Shown here one piece after another: positions 36,524 through 43,673 of a stretch of 43,673 nucleotides of DNA. Made by a program: the position numbers and the translations under genes. Location: NCBI GenBank assembly GCA_964436185.1, contig CAYTDR010000001.1:1-43673 (forward strand), read 5' to 3'. Numbering within the stretch: position 1 is the first letter of the stretch; every line of letters begins with the position of its first letter. The notes beneath the pieces were generated by a model. It searched no databases and had not been told where the DNA came from. It saw only the letters and a program-made list of their open reading frames with translations. Origin of the DNA: an uncultured Candidatus Obscuribacterales bacterium. Its GTDB lineage: Bacteria > Cyanobacteriota > Vampirovibrionia > Obscuribacterales > Obscuribacteraceae.

Positions 36524-36893
36524 GTAATTTCTCCCAAAGTTCGATTGAGCACGAGGGAAGTTTCCTCAGCAGGAGGAAATGATCTAACCATATTATTACA
36601 ATCGACCAACACGAGTCCTTTCAGCTTGTACAGATTCGGCGTCATTTCGACTGAAATGGTCAAGAATCAATCAATTAGCCATTCTTGCGCTTATTATTTC
36701 CGTCAACTTTTGGATATTGCGGAAGCAAGTTCTCTATTAAATCGGACAAATTTTATGGAGATAGGCTCCGCCTCAGGGATTCAGCAATCGTTCATCGCTT
36801 TAGAAATTGATCATCAAGCGCTTGCCGATCCTGCCGAATCTAATATTAGTTAGTGATAATCTGTTGCGCAGAAACCAATCTATGGCTGAGGTG

Positions 36894-38498
36894 TTAGTGC
36901 GCCCCGGCTCCTGAATTCCCTTCGACCTTCTGCAGAAAGAGGACGGTAAGACAGCTAGCCAGTATGATGAAGCCCAAGATCAGGAATGCATCGTTGTATG
37001 CCATAACGAATGACTCTCGCCGAACGCTGTTGTCCAACATCTGAATTGCCTGACCATGCGCAGTCACCTGATCGAAGCCTTTGGTGACGAACATCGTAGT
37101 TAGCTGCTGAATCCTGTTTTGTGTGTCCGGATCGAATATGGAGATGGATTCGCCAATTCGACTGGAGTGAAACTGTTCTCGCCTGGTCACAAACGTCGAA
37201 ATCAACGCTATGCCCACAGAGCCGCCCAGGTTCCTCATCATGTTAAACAGCGCCGACGCCGAACCTGTCTCCTCTTTCTCGATACCACCGGTCGCTAGAG
37301 TCGATAGCGGTATCATTATTAGTGGCTGTCCTAAGGCGCGAACCAACATCGACGGTATAAGTTGGTCGTGACCGGACACGTTGGTCATGAAACCGTTCAT
37401 CAAGGAGCTGGCAGCGAACAAAATCAGTCCTAAACCTAAGAGCAGCCTGGCGTCAATGATTTTCAACAGCTTGGGAATGAACGGAATAATAAGCAATTGA
37501 GGCAGTCCCATATAAATGAGGATAGAGCCTATCTGCAATGAATTGTAGTCCTGAATAGAAGCCAGATAAACCGGGATGAGATAAATGGAGCCGTACATTC
37601 CAGCGCCCAAGGCAATATTGGCGACGCTTCCCAGTCCGAAGTTTCTTCTCTTGAGCAGTCGCAAGTTCAACAGCGGTTTCTTTGCGGTCAACTGACGCCA
37701 GACGAAGACAATCAAAGATACAGATGCAACTAGAGCGAGTTTGACGATCAATTCAGAGCCGAACCAGTCCTTTCTGTTTCCCTCTTCCAGCACGACTTCT
37801 AAGCAACCAAGCCCGAGAGCCATGGAGATGATTCCCAGCCAATCTCCCTTAATCAGCTCGCCCAACTGCATTTTCTCCTTCGGAAGCGCGTAGGCGAGAA
37901 GAGCCAGAAAGAGCAAGCCAGGTATGACGTTGAGGTAGAAAATGAACTTCCACCCCCAGTTGTAGGTTAACCAACCGCCAAGTGCCGGTCCGATCGACGG
38001 AGCAAAAGTGGCAGTAAGGCCGAACAGCGCAAGCCCGATCGGATGTTTCTCCTTAGGCAGGCTGGTCAAAATAATGGTCATCGCCATCGGTATCAATGTG
38101 CCACCGAAGAATCCCTGCGCGGCGCGAAAAACGATCATGGAATTGAGATCCCAGGCGAAAGCACAGGCGATGGAGAAAAGGATGAACAGAATGGCATTAA
38201 CAATCAGATAGCGTCGAATCGAGAAGACACGAGACAGCCAGGCAGTCAGTGGAATCGTGACAATTTCCGCCACCAGATACGATGTGGCGATCCAGGTACC
38301 TTCCTCTACGGTCGCACCCAGAGAGCCCTGAATGTCAGCAAGCGAAGAATTGACGATTTGAATATCAAGAACCGCCATGAAAGCACCGATTGCCGCACCC
38401 AGAACTGCAAGCCAGCTCTTCAAAGATACGGCGCGGGAAGGTGAAGGTTCTTCGCCTGTCAACCGGTCAGCTTTCTGGAAGGCAGTCGAGCTAGTCAT
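36894..38498 (-). CDS. MFS drug efflux transporter, DHA2 (EmrB/QacA) 14-TMS family
   Basis: 'LGAAIGAFMAVLDIQIVNSSLADIQGSLGA' is typical of EmrB. 534 aa with about 14 TM segments. The start lies 2 nt after the upstream stop. Confidence 0.85.
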   Translation of the reverse strand: MTSSTAFQKADRLTGEEPSPSRAVSLKSWLAVLGAAIGAFMAVLDIQIVNSSLADIQGSLGATVEEGTWIATSYLVAEIVTIPLTAWLSRVFSIRRYLIVNAILFILFSIACAFAWDLNSMIVFRAAQGFFGGTLIPMAMTIILTSLPKEKHPIGLALFGLTATFAPSIGPALGGWLTYNWGWKFIFYLNVIPGLLFLALLAYALPKEKMQLGELIKGDWLGIISMALGLGCLEVVLEEGNRKDWFGSELIVKLALVASVSLIVFVWRQLTAKKPLLNLRLLKRRNFGLGSVANIALGAGMYGSIYLIPVYLASIQDYNSLQIGSILIYMGLPQLLIIPFIPKLLKIIDARLLLGLGLILFAASSLMNGFMTNVSGHDQLIPSMLVRALGQPLIMIPLSTLATGGIEKEETGSASALFNMMRNLGGSVGIALISTFVTRREQFHSSRIGESISIFDPDTQNRIQQLTTMFVTKGFDQVTAHGQAIQMLDNSVRRESFVMAYNDAFLILGFIILASCLTVLFLQKVEGNSGAGAH

Positions 38499-38500
38499 CG

Positions 38501-39943
38501 TTATATTTCCGCTCTGCCACTGGCCACGGTGCCAACAGACGACCGCGGGGCCGAGGGCGACTGTCTGTCGACTTCGACAGTGACGACGACTGACATGCCC
38601 GGTACTATTCTGGTCTTGAATTCCTTGATACTGGAAGCATCGAACACCACTTTTACAGGTACGCGCTGGACAATCTTCGTGAAGTTACCGGTCGCGTTGT
38701 CTGGCGGCAAAAGGGCAAACGTAGCACCCGAGCCGGGTGAGAAGTTAAGCACGTGACCGTGGAACGGGTGACTTGGGAACGAATCAACCTTAATCTCTAC
38801 ATCCTGGCCAGGTCTCATTTTTTCCAGTTGTGTTTCTTTGAAGTTCGCTACAACCCACATTTCATCAGACACGACGGAAAGAAGCGCCTGCCCTGGTTGA
38901 ACTCTCTGTCCTACCTCTACCGTCTTTTTGCCGACACGACCATCTTCCGGTGCCACTATTTTCGTGTATGAAAGTTGCAGCTCAGCCTCTCTCAGAGCCG
39001 TTTCCGCCTCTTTGATGGCTGCCCTCGACACATCATACTGTTTGACGTTGACATGCGTTTGAACATCGTCAGCTTGAGCAAGTTGTACTTTTCCTTCAGA
39101 CTCCCTTAACTGGGCACGAGCACTACTCACGCCATCAACAGCCTGTTGCAACTGGGAACGAGCTTGAGCCACTCCATCTTTCTTTCCATTTCTGGCGCTG
39201 GTAGCAACTTCATAATCGCGTCGAGCCGCATCCAACTGTTGTGAGGAGATTGCGCCTTCTGCCTGAAGAACCTTATACCGTTCAAAGTCAGCTTTGGCAC
39301 GAACCAGCTCAGCCTCTTTCTCCGCTAGCTGTGACTCTGCAATGGCGATTTTTGCTCTCGCCTCGGTGACAGACGCTTCGGCACTCGAGATATTGGCTGT
39401 GGCGCTGGCAACGCTTCCGTGCGCTGTATTCGTCGTGCCATTGGCCTTGGTTTCCTGATAGTGAATCGAGACACGGTCTGCATCTGCCCGCCTCACGGCT
39501 GACTCCAATCTAGCGCGTGCTTGCTCGACTTTCACCTGGAACTCGTCAGGATCGAGAATGGCTATAACCTGCCCTTTTCTCACGTGCTCGTTATCGTCCA
39601 CCAGCACTTCTTGCACTGTGCCGCTGACACGGGAACTTATCTGATGCTGATGCCCGGTCACGTAGGCATCTTCGGTTTCCTGATGGCTGGTTGCAAACTG
39701 CCATGTTCTAGCGCCTATAATGCCGGCACCTACAAGGGAAATAAATAGAACGAGTAATAGGACTATCTTCTTAATAGGCCTTTTCTGCTTGTCTCTAGAG
39801 GGCTCATCGAACTGTTCCAGTTCACGCTCCCCGTCTACTGGTTTGTGCTCCGTCGAGCGAACGGGCGTAGAGCTCGCGCTCTGCACCCGTTTGAAAGACT
39901 CTTCGATCTTTCCTCCAGTAAAAATAGCTTGTTGCATTGGCAC
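38501..39943 (-). CDS. HlyD/EmrA-family membrane fusion (periplasmic adaptor) protein
   Basis: Single N-terminal TM segment, then 'AYVTGHQHQISSRVSGTVQEVLVDDNEHVRKGQVIAILD', a long coiled coil, 'TKIVAPEDGRVG' and 'WVVANFKETQL'. GGGAGG RBS. Confidence 0.85.
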   Translation of the reverse strand: MPMQQAIFTGGKIEESFKRVQSASSTPVRSTEHKPVDGERELEQFDEPSRDKQKRPIKKIVLLLVLFISLVGAGIIGARTWQFATSHQETEDAYVTGHQHQISSRVSGTVQEVLVDDNEHVRKGQVIAILDPDEFQVKVEQARARLESAVRRADADRVSIHYQETKANGTTNTAHGSVASATANISSAEASVTEARAKIAIAESQLAEKEAELVRAKADFERYKVLQAEGAISSQQLDAARRDYEVATSARNGKKDGVAQARSQLQQAVDGVSSARAQLRESEGKVQLAQADDVQTHVNVKQYDVSRAAIKEAETALREAELQLSYTKIVAPEDGRVGKKTVEVGQRVQPGQALLSVVSDEMWVVANFKETQLEKMRPGQDVEIKVDSFPSHPFHGHVLNFSPGSGATFALLPPDNATGNFTKIVQRVPVKVVFDASSIKEFKTRIVPGMSVVVTVEVDRQSPSAPRSSVGTVASGRAEI

Positions 39944-39989
39944 CTCCCGGTTAATTGCCGCTGACGAGCTTCAGCGTTTAATTAACCAT

Positions 39990-40068
39990 CTAGTTAGTTA
40001 GTATACTCCCGTAACGGATGAAAGTCAACAGGAGAGGTTTTTCCGTGATATACTAACTAGTTAGATAG
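39990..40068. promoter_or_regulatory. Candidate TetR operator pair (inverted copies of TATACTAACTA..., second copy containing the 12-bp palindrome CTAACTAGTTAG)
   Basis: 39991-40005 TAGTTAGTTAGTATA is the reverse complement of TATACTAACTAACTA. 40049-40063 reads TATACTAACTAGTTA. The perfect palindrome CTAACTAGTTAG lies at 40053-40064. Confidence 0.5.
40000..40028 (-). promoter_or_regulatory. Sigma70-type promoter of the emrAB-like operon
   Basis: The minus strand reads TTGACT (40028-40023), a 17-nt spacer, then TATACT (40005-40000). The -10 hexamer is embedded in the left operator copy. Confidence 0.5.
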
Positions 40069-40335
40069 TTGCTGGGATTGAGGAAAACGCTCAATTTTTT
40101 CCGAAACCTTAAAGTCTAAAAGCTAAAGACTTAGCAGACGGGCAAAATCGTCGTCGCTTTTCGTATTTCCCAAGTCCAATCCAAGCAATCGCTATACCGG
40201 CAAGACAAGAACACTTATATATAGGCGGAGGCGGGTAATGACTGTGTAGTCACGAAACCATCCGCGAAACTCGCCAAAGTTGGATTTTTAAATACACAAC
40301 AGGCTAAGATCTTCGCAATCATCTATGGCAACCTT

Positions 40336-40968
40336 ATGAGCAGACCACGCAAATCAAACAACCAGCTCAGAGACCCGGAAGCAACCAGAAACAGCATTCT
40401 GGACGCTGCCGAGGACGAGTTCGCAGTTGGCGGCCTTCTGGGAGCAAGGACGGAAGCTATAGCCGCGCGCACGGGCGTCACCAAAGCGATGATTCACTAT
40501 TATTTCGAGACGAAGGAAAAACTGTACGCGGCCGTGCTTGAACGGGCTGTATCAACTAGGATACGAAGTATACATGAAGGCGGTTTAGCAGAAATGGAAC
40601 CGGAGCTGGCGCTGAGATTGTTCGTACAAGGCGTTCTCGACAACTGCGGCAGTAACGCTAACATCTCTTCAATCATGATCTTCGAAGCCATCCAGAACAA
40701 AGGTTTTTATTACAAAGAGATCGTAATGGCCTCGCTCTACAAACCGCTGCAAAACATTCTTGAGAGAGGCGTCGAGACAGGCGTATTCAGGAAGCTCGAT
40801 GCGATGCACGTAAGTGTAAACATAATAGGAATCTGCGTGTTCTATTTCTGCGCCCGAGAAAACCTCAAACACATTTGGTCCCCCGGAACGGACTTGTTAT
40901 CAGCGGATATGCTGGAAGCACATGCTGAAGAGACGATTAAAATGGTAATGGCCTCTACCCGCGCATAG
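40336..40968 (+). CDS. TetR/AcrR-family transcriptional repressor
   Basis: N-terminal HTH 'ILDAAEDEFAVGGLLGARTEAIAARTGVTKAMIHYYFETKEKLYAAVLE'. Divergent from the efflux operon. Confidence 0.85.
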   Translation: MSRPRKSNNQLRDPEATRNSILDAAEDEFAVGGLLGARTEAIAARTGVTKAMIHYYFETKEKLYAAVLERAVSTRIRSIHEGGLAEMEPELALRLFVQGVLDNCGSNANISSIMIFEAIQNKGFYYKEIVMASLYKPLQNILERGVETGVFRKLDAMHVSVNIIGICVFYFCARENLKHIWSPGTDLLSADMLEAHAEETIKMVMASTRA

Positions 40969-41210
40969 CTAAAGGCGGCACCAAATATAGAGTCACTACC
41001 AGTTGAGATGACAAATGAAGATCGTTTTTACCCGCATCGCCAAAGACAACTGCAAAACATCGGCAACCAGGCGAGATGCCGTAACGCTGTCCATCCCTAC
41101 TCACGACCGTGCCCGAATAATTCCGCACGACGTTCGGCGACGATTTTGCCGAGATACCTAAGCCCGAACGCGGTTCCGCGAACTAAACACAGGAGATCTT
41201 TTCCAACACA

Positions 41211-42065
41211 CTAAAGCCACTTTTCCAGGCCCCCTTCAAGGAGCAATCGAACGTCGCGCACAAAGCGTCCAGCCTGGTTTGGGTCGAGGACGCGCTGGTC
41301 GAAGTTATACGATAACGTCATAGAGGGACGAACTTCCAGCTTATGATTGTGGACAACCAGACGATCTTCCATTGTTCCAACTGCGAATGTCGATGTGCAG
41401 ATACACGGGCTCATGACAGAAGCAACACCGTACTTGCCCAGGGTTGTTAAACCAAAAGTTGCCCTCTGACATTTCAATCGAAGGGACGGAAGCCGCTTGC
41501 CCAGCTCCATTATCGCGTTTCGTATAAACCAGGGAAAACCAGCAAACAAAGTCTGCAAAGCTAGAGGCGGAGAATCATCGATCGAGGTCACGGTAAAATC
41601 TTTCAGAACGCCGGCAATCTCAACGATGGATTTGGCATGCGGAGACTCTACCTCGCCGAAAAGAACAACCTGTTGATTGTTGAGTTCGCGTTCAATGGTG
41701 ATACCGCCGACGACATCATGATACGTGACAGTTCTTCTTGGCGATATCATCTCGGTACGGCTGAGCGGATGATTCTGCTGGGCCAGTCCGATTGCTTTGA
41801 GAAGAATCGAAGTTATGGTGACCCTCTGACCGGAGTCCTTGAATATGGACATCTGACCCTGGGCCCAGGTCATGTCAATATCCATCAGGATATGCCCTGG
41901 TACCGGACTTCGTCCGACCGTGGTCAACAATGTGACCACGGTACGTCTTCCTCGTGGAAGACGACTGATGCTAAATCTATTGCTTATAGCCAATCGAATC
42001 GTCCTCCAGCTTGCAGGAGCAAGCTCAGCTGCTGCCTTCCGCTGTGCCGTACCAAAGTCCAACAC
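41211..42065 (-). CDS. Stand-alone 2-oxoacid dehydrogenase E2-type (CAT-fold) acyltransferase catalytic-domain protein, active-site variant
   Basis: The C-terminal 'MTLSYNFDQRVLDPNQAGRFVRDVRLLLE' aligns to the E2 motif 'slS.DHRviDGa.aa.Fl..lk..lE'. No lipoyl or subunit-binding domain. GTG start. Confidence 0.6.
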   Translation of the reverse strand: MLDFGTAQRKAAAELAPASWRTIRLAISNRFSISRLPRGRRTVVTLLTTVGRSPVPGHILMDIDMTWAQGQMSIFKDSGQRVTITSILLKAIGLAQQNHPLSRTEMISPRRTVTYHDVVGGITIERELNNQQVVLFGEVESPHAKSIVEIAGVLKDFTVTSIDDSPPLALQTLFAGFPWFIRNAIMELGKRLPSLRLKCQRATFGLTTLGKYGVASVMSPCICTSTFAVGTMEDRLVVHNHKLEVRPSMTLSYNFDQRVLDPNQAGRFVRDVRLLLEGGLEKWL

Positions 42066-42197
42066 AGGTGCCTACGCCGAGGCACAATATCAACACACCT
42101 ACGACGCTGGCCGTGGTTACAACAGCGAGGATGATCAATTCATTCATTACAGTTCCATATCTCGATCAGGTGTCGCATTATGTACGACACCAGTTGT

Positions 42198-42944
42198 TTA
42201 GGTAGTTACTTGTCTTCGGCGGGAGACATTCTCGCGATCGAGCTCGAGACGAAGCGAGCCTCCACCTGGTCTGAGCCATTCTCCCAGGACATCGGAAACG
42301 ATCTTTTCTGCACGCTCGATTACTTGATGTGTAAATTCGACCTCAGCTCTCCACTTCATCGAGTTCCCATAAATGTGATTCGTCTCTACGGTGATCACAT
42401 AATGGGAGCCCTTCTGTTGTACCGAGAAGATCTCGTAGTCACCGCGAGATCCGGCGATCGTTCGAGAATAGGGCATATCGGATTTGTTGCGGAAGTCATG
42501 CAGGCATTGATAAAGAAACAGTATCTCGTCCGCACCGCCATGAGCCATTGCTGGGCACGGATCGATAGTTAAATGATTAAAGGCAGTTGACAAGTACCGC
42601 CAGGTGAACATGTGAGTTAGGTCGATTAACCTTCTCAACTTCGGCTCAACGGCTTTCTCTGATCCGGATGACGTCTTTACTTCAAGTTGGAGTTGTTCCT
42701 CATCCAGTTTCTTACTCGCTATCTCAATGATGACTTCCGGTGTCAACTCGTAAACACGAGAGAACGGCAAAGTCTTAGATTTGAGGGCGGAAGCCAGGTC
42801 TGCCCGCAATCCACTGAGCACCATGCACGGTAGCATCATCTTCGGTGCCACTTCTTCTTGCGTCATAGAAAGGTGATTGATAATTTCCATCCGTATTGAG
42901 GACCATATTTTGTCGTAAAGCGTTAATTCCGATAAACGCCACAC
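42198..42944 (-). CDS. Hypothetical protein (no recognised motif); start uncertain
   Basis: 248-aa ORF from a GTG at 42944. The first ATG is codon 19 (42890). No clear RBS at any candidate start. Confidence 0.45.
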   Translation of the reverse strand: MWRLSELTLYDKIWSSIRMEIINHLSMTQEEVAPKMMLPCMVLSGLRADLASALKSKTLPFSRVYELTPEVIIEIASKKLDEEQLQLEVKTSSGSEKAVEPKLRRLIDLTHMFTWRYLSTAFNHLTIDPCPAMAHGGADEILFLYQCLHDFRNKSDMPYSRTIAGSRGDYEIFSVQQKGSHYVITVETNHIYGNSMKWRAEVEFTHQVIERAEKIVSDVLGEWLRPGGGSLRLELDRENVSRRRQVTT

Positions 42945-42975
42945 GAAGTGAGTTGACCATATGAAATAAAGGAAC

Positions 42976-42997
42976 CGTCCGCATCAAAGATGCGACG
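42976..42997 (-). terminator. Bulged 9-bp hairpin followed by a T-rich run on the minus strand
   Basis: The minus strand reads CGTCGCATC-TTT-GATGCG(G)ACG, then GTTCCTTTATTTC. It sits only about 30 nt upstream of the 42944 GTG. Confidence 0.3.
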
Positions 42998-43428
42998 ACC
43001 TAGTCCTAAGCTCGATTAGTTATACTGAGAGGTGCCAGCGACACACATGACCACGCGCACTTCATCAATATCACTATCACAAAGAAAGATTAAGGTCTGG
43101 ACATTCTGCCGTTGCAGTCTGTTTTATACCAGTGGCAGTGTTGAGTTGCTTGTAAGATAATTTTCTTCGCTTGCTCTTTCGCCACTCCACTTTCCTGTTT
43201 ATTTAATCGGCAATGAATGGCATGGGCAGACTAAACCTCTCATATCATAGCACAATTACGCGTACAAGTCTCATAAACCCGCGAAACCGCAGCAACACTG
43301 ATTTGCACTCGACATCAAACGCGCCTGCGACAGAGCAATGGCTTTGGCATGTGGATTTTTGGCACCATGAAGAAGAATGACATTTCTTGGTCCAAGCCGA
43401 TCATTCGAAAATAATCCACTCGTCGCCT

Positions 43429-43673
43429 CTAAGCTTTCTCGGCCAACTTCTTGATGCGCTGAATTGAGATGCGATCGTTGAGAGGAACAATCTGATAATA
43501 GAACGGACTCTTTCGAAATGCTGAATAGAAGCTGGTTGCGAACTCTTTTCGCTGTTGCGGCGACGGAAGCTTCTCCAATAATTTGAGTGATTCTCGAGCA
43601 TGTCCTGTGTAGATCAATTCGATGAACGTAGTCTGCCACTCGCTGCCCAACGGCTCTTTCGAGACCTGCTCGA
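43429..43673 (-). CDS. C-terminal part of a hypothetical protein running off the window edge
   Basis: The frame of the 73-aa track ORF stays open to nt 43673 (reads ...EQVSKEPLGSEWQTTFIELIYTGHARESLKLLEK...). Its composition looks more protein-like than the two overlapping frames. Confidence 0.35.
   Translation of the reverse strand, partial: EQVSKEPLGSEWQTTFIELIYTGHARESLKLLEKLPSPQQRKEFATSFYSAFRKSPFYYQIVPLNDRISIQRIKKLAEKA

Noticed and set aside
36545-36853. 102-aa TTG-initiated ORF in the AT-rich gap between emrB and the ArnT-like gene
   Set aside because: It has a non-canonical start, no RBS, and a composition typical of AT-rich non-coding DNA. The region more likely holds a terminator and promoter.
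41008-41214. 68-aa ORF, and an alternative 48-codon ORF (41015-41161, MKIVFTRIAKDN...), in the gap between tetR and the E2-like gene
   Set aside because: The 68-aa frame is Arg/Pro/Asn-rich and lacks an RBS. The 48-codon frame starts plausibly, but it has no RBS and no recognisable family, and it is below any confidence threshold. It is worth a tblastn only.
43271-43639. 122-aa and 66-aa minus-strand ORFs overlapping the partial terminal CDS
   Set aside because: They have Ser/Arg/Cys-rich, non-helical composition and overlap a more protein-like frame that stays open to the window edge.

Overview
Dense, chromosomal-looking 43.7-kb segment with about 29 protein-coding genes in alternating strand blocks. 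I saw no rRNA, tRNA, CRISPR array, transposase, integrase or phage gene. Recognisable housekeeping genes are a PhoD-like phosphatase, glpD, a D-2-hydroxyacid dehydrogenase, rsgA, typA/bipA, a stand-alone groEL and a TetR-controlled EmrAB-type efflux pair. They are interleaved with an envelope-centred accessory set: three GT-C-fold membrane glycosyltransferases (two ArnT/PMT-like, one GT87/DUF2029-like), an acyltransferase-3, an LtaS/sulfatase-like membrane enzyme, and TPR, WG-repeat and other secreted repeat proteins. GroEL and TypA signatures look Cyanobacteriota-like, so I guess a non-photosynthetic sister lineage (Vampirovibrionia/Melainabacteria-like); this is inference only. Most noteworthy: (1) A three-unit head-to-tail non-coding repeat array (113-133 bp units) lies between typA and the sulfatase-like gene. 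Its units keep a bulged hairpin with an AAT(T)GA loop while the stem sequence changes, making it a candidate tandem structured-RNA/sRNA array. (2) A co-directional minus-strand cluster (5982-13420) encodes a signal-peptide-bearing TPR-CHAT protein with both caspase-like catalytic residues substituted, a GT-C glycosyltransferase, a ~600-aa secreted protein with a thrice-repeated KSVWTPV motif, and a small cytosolic protein. (3) Several unusual architectures or degenerate active sites occur: pentapeptide repeats fused to a SWIM zinc finger, a PEGEF-type degenerate GGDEF behind a P/Q-rich linker, a stand-alone E2-like acyltransferase with DHR->DQR, and an RsgA with a long acidic insertion. All domain calls rest on motifs recognised by eye; no database search or folding computation was possible.
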